Shown one piece after another: positions 41,621 through 51,814 of a stretch of DNA of 53,664 nucleotides. The position numbers and the translations under genes are program-made. This DNA is from a bacterium (lineage in GTDB: Bacteria > Edwardsbacteria > AC1 > EtOH8): NCBI GenBank assembly GCA_030655055.1, contig JAURWH010000011.1:1-53664 (forward strand), given 5' to 3'. How positions within the stretch are numbered: the stretch's first letter is position 1; each line of letters begins with the position of its first letter. The notes under the pieces were generated by a model, which was given only the letters and a program-made list of their open reading frames with translations, searched no databases and was not told the origin of the DNA.

Positions 41621-42730
41621 ATGAACAGAGAAACAAAAATAAATATGAACCGCATTTTATTTACCATAGTATTTTCAGTCATGATGATCCAGCTGGCCGC
41701 CGAGGTTCCGGCGCAGGCCACGCCCGGCCTGATGGCCTGGCCCAGCAAGATCGATCTATCGGTCAAGGCCGGCGGCGCCAAGACCGGTTATGTAAATGTG
41801 CAGAACCAGGGATTGAACAAAGTGCGGCTAAAAGTTAACATAATGAATTGCCGGATGACCGAGGATGGGGCGATAATTTACACTAATAAGAATGTCTCTT
41901 TCGGTTGCAGCCAATGGCTGAAGGTTGATCCGGCGGAATTCAACCTTTCACCCCGGGCCAGCCAGCAGGTACTCTACTCCATAGAGGTTCCCCAGAGCGC
42001 CCAGGGCACCTATATGGCGGTGATCCTTTTCGAGACCAATGTTTCAAACGGCGACTATCAGAACCTGCCGGGAGCGCTGGTGGTTGAGAATGTGCCGGGA
42101 ACGGGACAGAAGAGGGCAGACCTGACGGAGCTTTCCTTTCAAAAAGGCATCGACGGAGGGAACGCCAATGCAGTGCTGGGGATCAGCAACTCCGGGTCGA
42201 TGATATGCAATCCCACCGGCACTCTGGAGGTCACCGATCTCAAGCGGGGCGGGAAGGTGAACTTTGCCATCAACCGGGAAAATGAACCGGTGCTGCCCGC
42301 CTCCATGCGCCGCTTCCGGATCCCGCTGGAGGGGCTTTACAACGGACAGTATAAAGTGCTGGCGGTGGTGGACTATCAGGGCAGCGAGATACTGCAGGGC
42401 GAGGCCACGGTGACCATCAACGCCGGAGAACTGATAGCCCAAAGCAACCGGACGGCCAACGGCAGGACCAAGGGCGGAGACCGGTTATCGTCCGAAGGAC
42501 AAAAGAAGACTCCCGGGCCGGCCGAGCCGAAAAACTCTTCTTCGCTTTCTTCCGCCGAGATCGAGACGCTGAACCGGGAGGCGGTGAAATTATATTCCGA
42601 GGGGGATTATGAAAAAGCCCTGGCCCAGTGGCAAAAGGTGCTGCGGGCCGATCCCGGTCACAACGGGGCCAAGAACGGGGCCGAACGCGCCAGGAAGAAA
42701 ATAGAAGCCTTGAAGAAGGCCAGGGGATAG
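41621..42730 (+). CDS. Two-domain Ig-like (beta-sandwich) secreted protein C2 with a C-terminal TPR-like tail
   Basis: The signal peptide ends VPAQA/TPG. It has CSQWLKVDPAEFNLSPRASQQVLYSIEVPQSAQGTYMAVILFET and a second sandwich domain ending GQYKVLAVVDY. The tail is YSEGDYEKALAQWQKVLRADPGHNGAKNGAE. I took the ATG at 41621, 2 nt after the upstream stop; the ORF-track start at 41534 overlaps the barrel gene. Confidence 0.65.
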   Translation: MNRETKINMNRILFTIVFSVMMIQLAAEVPAQATPGLMAWPSKIDLSVKAGGAKTGYVNVQNQGLNKVRLKVNIMNCRMTEDGAIIYTNKNVSFGCSQWLKVDPAEFNLSPRASQQVLYSIEVPQSAQGTYMAVILFETNVSNGDYQNLPGALVVENVPGTGQKRADLTELSFQKGIDGGNANAVLGISNSGSMICNPTGTLEVTDLKRGGKVNFAINRENEPVLPASMRRFRIPLEGLYNGQYKVLAVVDYQGSEILQGEATVTINAGELIAQSNRTANGRTKGGDRLSSEGQKKTPGPAEPKNSSSLSSAEIETLNREAVKLYSEGDYEKALAQWQKVLRADPGHNGAKNGAERARKKIEALKKARG

Positions 42731-42752
42731 CAGATACTGAGGCAAATGATAG

Positions 42753-42786
42753 AAAAAAACCGGCTTGCATAGCAAGCCGGTTTTTT
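42753..42786. terminator. Bidirectional rho-independent terminator between convergent genes
   Basis: AAAAAAA-CCGGCTTGC-ATA-GCAAGCCGG-TTTTTT. Confidence 0.85.
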
Positions 42787-42801
42787 CATGTTGGCCGCGA
42801 A

Positions 42802-44865
42802 TTACCGCAGCAAAAGCACTTTATGTATCAATCGTTCATCGTTGGTTTGCAGGCGCAGGAAATAAAAGCCGTTGGGCAGTCTTCGCCCTCCGTCGCCGGT
42901 TCCGTTCCAAATGAAATGATGAATGCCGCCGGCCATCTTTCGCCGGGACAGGAAGGTCTTGACCAGCTGTCCCGATATGTTATATGCCGAAAGGCTGGCC
43001 GGACCTGGTTTAGTTAACTGCAAATTGATCATTGTTAGTTGGCTGAACGGATTGGGGGCGGTACTGAGAGATATTCTGCCGGTCAAAATATCACCGGATA
43101 TCTCCCGGCCTTCAACCCCGGTGGGGGAGCACAGGATTGCCGTGACTGAATCACGGACAGTGCCTGTTTGATCGATCACTTTTATATGCGCCCGGTAGGT
43201 AAGATTGCTGTCCAATCCGGCATTATTGAAGGTCAGCCGGATGCTGTCGCTGTCCGGCGGGGTAAAACCGCCGCTGGTTTTGGATAAGGTCAGCCAGAGC
43301 GCATTGTGGGCGCGGATGTCATAGGCCGCCAGCCGGTCGGTGGCATCCTGCAGCAGGCCCAGCAGGACTCCGCGCCCCGGCACCAGTCCAGTGCTGAAGG
43401 TGGCGCCCCCGGCGCAGGCGTTGGCCGGGTCGACGGCCGGGCACTGGAACTCAACCCCGGTATAACTGCCGGAGGAAGGGTCGAACTGGCTGGCCTGGAT
43501 CTGAGGCCAGCCGTCCTGGCTGAAGACCCAGAGCCAGGGACCGTCGGGAGCGGTGGCATCCCAGGCCAGGCCGAAGATGTTCTTGCTGTTGGGCCATGAA
43601 CCGGCCAGGCTGCCGTCGCGGTTCACCCGTCGGATATCATCGGAATAATTGGCGGTGTAAAAACAGTCGGCCGCCGGGTCATAAGCCAGTCCCCGGCAGG
43701 GGCTGGTGTGGGCGGAAATCTTCACTCCAGTGACCGCGCCGCTGGCAGTGTCTATCTGTTCTATCGAATCGCCGGAAGCGGCGTAAAGGTAAGCGCCGTC
43801 GAAACACAGGTCGCGCCAGCCCCAGCCATTACCGGAAGGCTGGGGATAGCTGGCCAGCAGGGAGCCGCCTTTATCAAGCTTATACAGGTAATTGGGGTCG
43901 GCAGCGGGGTCATCTGCCGCCCCGGTGACCCATAAGTTGACGCCGTCGTATTCAACTCCCAGGCAGAGGTTGTCGCCGGTGATGCCGCTGATATCCAAGC
44001 CCCACAGGGAGTCGCCGAAGGATTTGCTTTTAGCCGCCTGTTCCGGCCATTCCACGGTATACTGCAGATCCCTTGTACCTCCAATTCCCAAATGAAGGTA
44101 TTGTGAGGAATCAATGGAATTGGGGGACAGGACAACGCTGACCGATTCGGCCGGGTTCAAGGCAACCGTGGGGTAGCCCAGGGAAAAGTCCACTGAAACC
44201 GTTGCGCCCACCGTGAGATCGATGGCGGTGACAGCGGAGTCAAGGTAATTTGTCTTCCGGGCAGTAAGGGTATAAGTGCCGATGGGGGCCGAGGGAAAAC
44301 TGTAATTCCCCGCCATGGTGGTATCAACCAGCAGCGTTCCGCCGGAGGTGGCAGTAATTATTACTCCATCCAAGGGAATTCCCCCGGCATTGTCGTCGGT
44401 AACCAGGCCCTCGATCTGTCCGGTATATTCGAAGGTGGCAAATCCCTGCTGGAGGGTGTCGTTGGCAGTGACTTCATCCCCGGTCAGGACAAGATATGCC
44501 GTAGCGGTATATTTCATCAATGACTCAGGGACAAACGCGGTTCCAAAAACAAGCTGGCGTCCGGCACCCGGGGCCAGGCTGTCAGTCATCATCAGGGAAT
44601 CAAAGTAGACCCTTTGGGCCAGGCTGTCGTCGATGGCATAGTAAGCCCAAACACTGTCCTCGTAATAAATGCCGAAATTCTCCAAAGTGAAGGCCGGATA
44701 AAAGGGCATTCCCGGCGGCACCAAAGCGGCGGCCGGGGTATCGATGGAAACGGCCGCCAGATCGTGTTCCACCCCCGGACCGAAATGGTCCTGTTGCATC
44801 ACTGCGGCTGGAGACAGTGATGCGGTTGCGGCAGCCAGCAAAAGAGGGATCAGAAAGTATCTCAT
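42802..44865 (-). CDS. Secreted multidomain protein (CARDB-like, carboxypeptidase-regulatory-like, beta-propeller-like) with a FlgD-Ig (T9SS-type) C-terminal domain
   Basis: It has signal peptide MRYFLIPLLLAAATASLSPA and the block GQIEGLVTDDNAGGIPLDGVIITA...GNYSFPSAPIGTYTLTA. The C-terminus is APNPFSQLTMINLQL...YNISGQLVKT...WNGTGDGGRRLPNGFYFLRL. I took the ATG at 44865 inside the ORF that the track opens at 44940. Confidence 0.8.
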   Translation of the reverse strand: MRYFLIPLLLAAATASLSPAAVMQQDHFGPGVEHDLAAVSIDTPAAALVPPGMPFYPAFTLENFGIYYEDSVWAYYAIDDSLAQRVYFDSLMMTDSLAPGAGRQLVFGTAFVPESLMKYTATAYLVLTGDEVTANDTLQQGFATFEYTGQIEGLVTDDNAGGIPLDGVIITATSGGTLLVDTTMAGNYSFPSAPIGTYTLTARKTNYLDSAVTAIDLTVGATVSVDFSLGYPTVALNPAESVSVVLSPNSIDSSQYLHLGIGGTRDLQYTVEWPEQAAKSKSFGDSLWGLDISGITGDNLCLGVEYDGVNLWVTGAADDPAADPNYLYKLDKGGSLLASYPQPSGNGWGWRDLCFDGAYLYAASGDSIEQIDTASGAVTGVKISAHTSPCRGLAYDPAADCFYTANYSDDIRRVNRDGSLAGSWPNSKNIFGLAWDATAPDGPWLWVFSQDGWPQIQASQFDPSSGSYTGVEFQCPAVDPANACAGGATFSTGLVPGRGVLLGLLQDATDRLAAYDIRAHNALWLTLSKTSGGFTPPDSDSIRLTFNNAGLDSNLTYRAHIKVIDQTGTVRDSVTAILCSPTGVEGREISGDILTGRISLSTAPNPFSQLTMINLQLTKPGPASLSAYNISGQLVKTFLSRRKMAGGIHHFIWNGTGDGGRRLPNGFYFLRLQTNDERLIHKVLLLR

Positions 44866-44956
44866 TTTTCTATTAGTAAAATTAAAGGGGATCATTGAAA
44901 ACCAACGGTCAATCATGAACTGTATTGCGACGGTGATCACCCGGCCATGTCCGCTT

Positions 44957-46716
<1,760 letters not shown>

Positions 46717-46720
<4 letters not shown>

Positions 46721-47403
46721 TCTTCCTCTTTGATCTTGTAGCCGAAGGATTTGACGGTCAGGATGGCCGCATCCAGCAGGGGGATCTTTTTCCGCAGGTG
46801 CCGGATATGGACGTCCACCGTCCGGTTGCCGCCGTAGTAGTCCTGGCCCCAGACTGCATTCAGTATCTGCTCCCGGGAAAGCACCCGGCCGGGACGTTTA
46901 AGCAGATATTCCAGCAGGCCGAATTCCTTGGCGGTCAGTTCCACTGCCTTCTTGCTGACGCTGACCACATGGCGTTCTCCGTCCAGAGTTATCTTTCCGT
47001 AGTTCAAAACGGCCTTGGCTTCCTCCGGCGGCTGGTTGCGGCGGAAGACGGCCCGGATCCGGGCCATCAGTTCCTTGGGGCTGAAAGGCTTGGTTAGGTA
47101 GTCGTCGGCCCCCATCTCCAGGCCCACGATCTTGTCGGTCTCCTCGGCTTTGGCGGTCAGCATGATGATGGGCAGCCTTTTGGTGGCCGGCTCGGAACGG
47201 AGGATCCGGCAAAGCTCCAGGCCGTCCATCCCGGGCAGCATCAGGTCAAGCACCAGCAGGTCCGGGGGCTGGCGGCGGATGCGCTCCAGCGCCCGTTGGC
47301 CGTCGGAAATGGACTCGGACCTGAAGCCGTCCTTTTTAAGGTAATGCTCCACCAGGTCGGCGATGTCCCGCTCGTCCTCCACTATATAAATAAGTTTCGC
47401 CAT
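46717..47403 (-). CDS. phoB: OmpR/PhoB-family response regulator
   Basis: The receiver domain has IVEDE, DLLVLDLMLPGMDG and GADDYLTKPFSPKEL. The winged-helix output has RVLSREQILNAVWG...RTVDVHIRHLRKK. Confidence 0.88.
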
Positions 47404-47502
47404 AAGTACCCCCGGTTAAAATTGCTTTTCTACAAAACCGTTATATTACAATGATAATAAAAAACAGGGCCAATGTAAAGTGAAAAAGAGGTGAATCTGG
47501 TG

Positions 47503-47550
47503 TTAAGCCGGAGTTAACTTGCCGCCAAACCATTTCACATTAAATTAACA
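47503..47550 (+). promoter_or_regulatory. Candidate Pho-box-like array: TTAAnn/TTCACA hexamers phased ~11 bp apart
   Basis: TTAAGC at 47503, TTAACT at 47514, (CCAAAC at 47525), TTCACA at 47534, TTAACA at 47545. The array lies in the divergent phoB / PHP-porin-pst spacer. Confidence 0.35.
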
Positions 47551-47616
47551 CAGGCCATACGGGGAAGAAACGCGGTTGGATTATATTTGGGACGTAAACT
47601 TAAAGGACTGGTTAGA

Positions 47617-47781
47617 ATGAAAAACGAAGCGTCATTTCTAGTACGGTATGGGGTGATCTTAGTGGGAGTATTTTATATATTGCTATTGTCCGGATTGTTC
47701 GTTTTAAAAGAAATCTGCGGACCTGAACCAGTCAGGCAAAACCGGCTGCCAAGCCGAAGCCCGAAAATAGGAGGCAATTAA
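47617..47781 (+). CDS. Possible small membrane protein
   Basis: 54 aa with one hydrophobic helix (VILVGVFYILLLSGLFVL). It has an AAAGGA RBS, and its stop is 1 nt before the PHP gene ATG. No recognisable family. Confidence 0.3.
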   Translation: MKNEASFLVRYGVILVGVFYILLLSGLFVLKEICGPEPVRQNRLPSRSPKIGGN

Positions 47782-47782
47782 T

Positions 47783-48496
47783 ATGGGTAAAGCGGACCTT
47801 CACATTCACACCAACTATTCGGACGGTTCCGCCACCGTGATGCAGGTGCTGCGGCGGGCGGTGGAAATGGGACTGGATACCATAGCCATCACCGACCACA
47901 ATGAGATCGCCGGGGCCGTAAAGGCACGGGAACTGGCGGAGCGGTGGGGGCTAAAAATTGATGTGATATTAGGGGAAGAGATCACCACCTCGGACGGGCA
48001 TGTGGTGGGCCTTTTCCTGAAAGAAAGGATCCGGCCCCTGATGACAGCCCAGGCCACGGTGGACGAGATCCACCGCCAGGGCGGGTTGGCGGTAGCGGTG
48101 CACCCGTTCTCACTTTGGCTCAAGCTTTTCAAATGCGGCGGGGTGGGACGGCTGGCGGATCGGCTTCAATTCGACGCGCTGGAGGTGGCCAACGGCGCCT
48201 TAACCGAAACTTTCAGCAACCGGTACACCAAGGCCTATAACAATAAGGTGGCAAAGCTGGCCGGAGTTGGCGGCTCAGACGCCCATACCATAGAGGCTTT
48301 GGGTCAGGCATATACGGTGTTTCCCGGCCGGGGAGCGGCCTGGTTAAGGAAATCCATCACCCATAAAGCCACCAGAGATGTAATAACCGGCTCCCAGTTT
48401 AAAGCTCTGCTGGATTTCATCGGCGAACACTTAAAAGGAAAGCTGGCGTTGTACGGCTCCCAGGGCGGAGGCTTGGGACAGACGGAACCGGTTTAA
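47783..48496 (+). CDS. PHP-domain metal-dependent phosphoesterase
   Basis: ADLHIHTNYSDGS, AITDHN, VAVHP and GGSDAH motifs. RBS AGGAGG. Confidence 0.85.
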   Translation: MGKADLHIHTNYSDGSATVMQVLRRAVEMGLDTIAITDHNEIAGAVKARELAERWGLKIDVILGEEITTSDGHVVGLFLKERIRPLMTAQATVDEIHRQGGLAVAVHPFSLWLKLFKCGGVGRLADRLQFDALEVANGALTETFSNRYTKAYNNKVAKLAGVGGSDAHTIEALGQAYTVFPGRGAAWLRKSITHKATRDVITGSQFKALLDFIGEHLKGKLALYGSQGGGLGQTEPV

Positions 48497-48580
48497 CATA
48501 CTTTTAATCTGGCGGGAAAGCGGACGAAATATTACAAATATATAATGGCGACAGTAAACTGCAAGCAGGAAAATAAAAAA

Positions 48581-49939
48581 ATGAAAAAGAAAGGAACCAC
48601 CATGGGATTCAACAAGGTCGTTTTAACAGGATTGGCGCTGCTGGCCGCCGCCAGCTTGGCCTCGGCCCAGACGGCCAGGAAGGCCAAACCGGATACCACG
48701 GTAATGGAACTGAAAAAACAGGTGGAATACCTGGGTTCAACGGTCAATGTCTTGAATCAGCAGTTGAGCGCGACCAAGTTGCAGATTGACCAGATGTCTT
48801 CCACTGCCGGGCAGAACGCCAATGCCGAAGAGCAGGTGTCTGTGGTCTCCGACCGGGTGAACGGGCTGGATGAAAGGCTGCTGACTGCCGAAAGCTCCAT
48901 AGCGGGGCTGAGCAAGCTTAAGGTTTCGGGCTATCTCCAGACCAGGTTTGAATACTTCAAGAACATCAAGATAGACACCCTGCCCAACGCCGCAGACAAG
49001 GGCGCCGACTCCAGCTGGTTCTACGTCCGCCGGGGCCGGATCAAATTCGTTTATACACCCAGCACCACCTCCCAGTATTGTATCTACCCCGACTTCTCCA
49101 AGAATACGGTTTCCCTGAAAGAGGCCTGGGTAACCCTGTCCGAACCCTGGACCCCGATGGGCTTCAAACTGACCATGGGCCAGATGAACTGGCCGTTCGG
49201 GGTGGAGATCGAAAGATCATCCTCGGTGCGGGAGCTGCCGGAACGTTCCACCGCCTCCGGTAAATTGTTCAAAGGCGAGCGCGACCGCGGCGTAAAATTG
49301 TCGTTCACTCCGCTGACCAAAATGGGACCGCTGGCGTCGCTGGTAGTGGACCTGGGGGTTTACAACGGCTACGGCATTGACAACAGCACTTTCCCCTGGA
49401 ATGACCCCACCAAGCCCAAGGATTTCATCGCCCGGGCCAAGGCCGACCTGGGGGTGGTGGCCCTGACAGCCTCCTATTATGACGGCAATGAAAAAACCTC
49501 GGCCACCTCAGGCAACTATTACAAAGGCCGGCTGGGCGGTTCGCTGGAAGCCTATTATCAGTTCCTGCCCATCGGCGGAACGGCTTTGCTGGCCGAGGGC
49601 GTCCAGGGCATTCAGACCGGCAAAAAGGTGCTGGGCGGATATGTGATGCTGGTCCAGAACATCGGGAAAAAGTTCGGTCTGGCTTTCCGGGCCGACACCT
49701 ACGATCCCAACACCTCTTCCGACACCACGTTATACGGCGGGACCGCCAACGACCTGAAGTACGACCAGACCTCGAATCTCTCGGCAGCCTTAAATTACTG
49801 GTGGGATGACGCGGTGCGCTTTACCCTGTCGGCCGACCGCACCCTGTACAACACCGACATGATGATCATGGACCAGCACCCCAAGTACAAGACCTACCAG
49901 ACCGACCGGCTGATCGCCCAGATGCAGATCAAGTTCTAA
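48581..49939 (+). CDS. Phosphate-selective porin O/P family outer-membrane protein
   Basis: It has a signal peptide ending ASAQ and an N-terminal coiled coil. The Porin_O_P-like block is FYVRRGRIKF...LKEAWVTL...LTMGQMNWPFGVEIERSSSVRELPERS. The C-terminus ends in F. It sits directly upstream of pstS. Confidence 0.75.
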   Translation: MKKKGTTMGFNKVVLTGLALLAAASLASAQTARKAKPDTTVMELKKQVEYLGSTVNVLNQQLSATKLQIDQMSSTAGQNANAEEQVSVVSDRVNGLDERLLTAESSIAGLSKLKVSGYLQTRFEYFKNIKIDTLPNAADKGADSSWFYVRRGRIKFVYTPSTTSQYCIYPDFSKNTVSLKEAWVTLSEPWTPMGFKLTMGQMNWPFGVEIERSSSVRELPERSTASGKLFKGERDRGVKLSFTPLTKMGPLASLVVDLGVYNGYGIDNSTFPWNDPTKPKDFIARAKADLGVVALTASYYDGNEKTSATSGNYYKGRLGGSLEAYYQFLPIGGTALLAEGVQGIQTGKKVLGGYVMLVQNIGKKFGLAFRADTYDPNTSSDTTLYGGTANDLKYDQTSNLSAALNYWWDDAVRFTLSADRTLYNTDMMIMDQHPKYKTYQTDRLIAQMQIKF

Positions 49940-49965
49940 GAATAAATAAATAAGGAGAATTGAAA

Positions 49966-50793
49966 ATGACCAAAAAAATCATCATATTTGCGGCGGTGGC
50001 TCTGGTCGCTGTCATGGCCGGGATGTCCCTGGCCGGCAAGGCCATAACCCTGAAAGGATCAGACACCATGCTGATGCTGGGCCAGCGCTGGGCTGAAATT
50101 TACATGCAGAAAAATCCCGGAACGGTGATCCAGGTCACCGGCGGCGGGTCGGGGGTGGGCATCGCCGCCCTGATCAACGGCGCCACCAACATTTGCCAGG
50201 CCTCCCGCAGCATGAAGGATTCGGAAAAACAGAAACTGCGGGACCGCTATTTCAGCCTGGGATATGAGGTGCCGGTGGCCAAGGACGGTGTGACCCTGTA
50301 TCTTAACGAAAAGAACCAGATCAGCGAGCTGACCCTGGACCAGATCAAGGATATCTACACCGGATACACCACCAACTGGTCCCAGCTGGGCGGGCCGGAC
50401 GCCAAGATCATTGTCTACGGCCGCGAGAACAGCTCGGGCACCTACGTATTCTTCCGGGAAGTGGCCCTGAAGAATGCCGATTACACCTCCAGCATGCAGT
50501 CCCTGCCCGGCACCGCGGCGGTGGTCAATGCCGTGGCCAAGGATGTCTACGGGATCGGATACGGCGGAGCCGCCTATGCCAAGGGCGTCAAGGAAGTGGC
50601 CATCAAGACCGCCAAGGGCAGCTTTAAGCCCACCACCGAAACCGTCAAGAGCGGGCAGTATCCACTGGCCCGGAACCTTTACTGGTACCTGCAGGGCAAG
50701 CCTTCCGGTGAGATGAAAAAATTGGTGGACTGGGTCCTTTCTCCCGAAGGACAGGAGATAGTGAAAAAAGTCGGTTATTTTACCATAAAATAG
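49966..50793 (+). CDS. pstS: Phosphate ABC transporter substrate-binding protein
   Basis: LKGSDTMLMLGQRWAEIY...VTGGGSGVGIAALINGATNICQASR. RBS AAGGAGA 7 nt upstream of the ATG at 49966. Confidence 0.9.
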   Translation: MTKKIIIFAAVALVAVMAGMSLAGKAITLKGSDTMLMLGQRWAEIYMQKNPGTVIQVTGGGSGVGIAALINGATNICQASRSMKDSEKQKLRDRYFSLGYEVPVAKDGVTLYLNEKNQISELTLDQIKDIYTGYTTNWSQLGGPDAKIIVYGRENSSGTYVFFREVALKNADYTSSMQSLPGTAAVVNAVAKDVYGIGYGGAAYAKGVKEVAIKTAKGSFKPTTETVKSGQYPLARNLYWYLQGKPSGEMKKLVDWVLSPEGQEIVKKVGYFTIK

Positions 50794-50817
50794 GCCGGTC
50801 AAAACCATGAATGCCTG

Positions 50818-50854
50818 ATCCAGGGGACTTTTACCGGCCCAAGGTCCTCTGGAT
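50818..50854 (+). promoter_or_regulatory. Intercistronic stem-loop between pstS and pstC
   Basis: ATCCAGGGGAC ... GTCCTCTGGAT forms an 11-bp stem with one mismatch. This fits the common pstS-distal attenuation/stability hairpin arrangement. Confidence 0.4.
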
Positions 50855-50881
50855 TTAGGCGTTGTTATAAGGATCAACTTC

Positions 50882-51808
50882 ATGAGCCTCCAGAAAAAAA
50901 GGTTCCGTTACTTCTGGGAATCCGTGATAGAGGGCAACATCAAGATCACCGCCACCCTGGCCATCATCGCGATATTCCTGATTTTTCTGTTCATACTGCG
51001 GGAGACATTGCCGATCTTCTTCAGCCGGGAAGTGATGCAGGAGATAACCTTCGGGCAATTCTTCAAGGGGATCGACTGGCAGCCGGTGTCGGATAATCCC
51101 CGGTTCTCGCTGTGGCCGATAATCCTTGGCAGTTTAAAAGTGACCCTGATATCCCTGGTTTTTGCGGTACCAACGGCCGTCGGAGCGGCCCTCTACAGCT
51201 CGGAGTTCGCCGGGCGCCGGCTCAAGGAGTTCATCAAGCCGGTGGTGGAATTGCTGGCCGGGATACCCTCGGTGGTGCTGGGGTTCTTTGCCCTGATAAT
51301 AATGGCCTCTTTCCTGAAAAGCGTCTTCGGCTGGACCTACCGCCTTAATGCCGTCAATGCCGGCATAGCCCTGGGGTTTGCCATAATACCGGCCATTTAC
51401 TCCCTGGCCGAGGACGCCCTGAATGCCGTGCCCAGATCTTACCGGGAGGCGGCTCTGGGGCTGGGCGCCACCCCCTGGCAGACCGCGGTCAAAGTGGTGC
51501 TGCCGGCGGCCCTGCCCGGGGTATCGGCGGCGGTGCTGTTCGGCATGGGCCGGGCGGTGGGCGAGACCATGGTGGTGCTGATGGCCGCCGGCAACGCCCC
51601 GCTTTTGTCGTTCAATCCGCTGGAATCCACCCGGACCATGACCGCCACCATTGCGGCCGAGCTGGGGGAGGTGGTCTTCGGCGGCGGGCACTATCACGCC
51701 TTATTCTTCATAGGACTGGTGCTGTTCCTGGCCACCTTTGTGATAAACCTGGTCTCCTGGGCGCTGTTTGACGGCCTGATGATCAAATTGTACGGAGCCA
51801 GGAAATAG
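50882..51808 (+). CDS. pstC: Phosphate ABC transporter permease PstC
   Basis: 308 aa, six TM segments, with an EAALGLGATPWQT EAA-loop. Confidence 0.9.
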   Translation: MSLQKKRFRYFWESVIEGNIKITATLAIIAIFLIFLFILRETLPIFFSREVMQEITFGQFFKGIDWQPVSDNPRFSLWPIILGSLKVTLISLVFAVPTAVGAALYSSEFAGRRLKEFIKPVVELLAGIPSVVLGFFALIIMASFLKSVFGWTYRLNAVNAGIALGFAIIPAIYSLAEDALNAVPRSYREAALGLGATPWQTAVKVVLPAALPGVSAAVLFGMGRAVGETMVVLMAAGNAPLLSFNPLESTRTMTATIAAELGEVVFGGGHYHALFFIGLVLFLATFVINLVSWALFDGLMIKLYGARK

Positions 51809-51814
51809 ACTGAT

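Noticed and set aside
32534-44940. Classic integrative genomic island at tRNA-Val
   Set aside because: No integrase, recombinase or transposase ORF is present. I could not find by eye a direct repeat of the tRNA 3' end at a distal boundary. Only the ~1 kb next to the tRNA is compositionally odd, so I kept it as a low-interest boundary observation.
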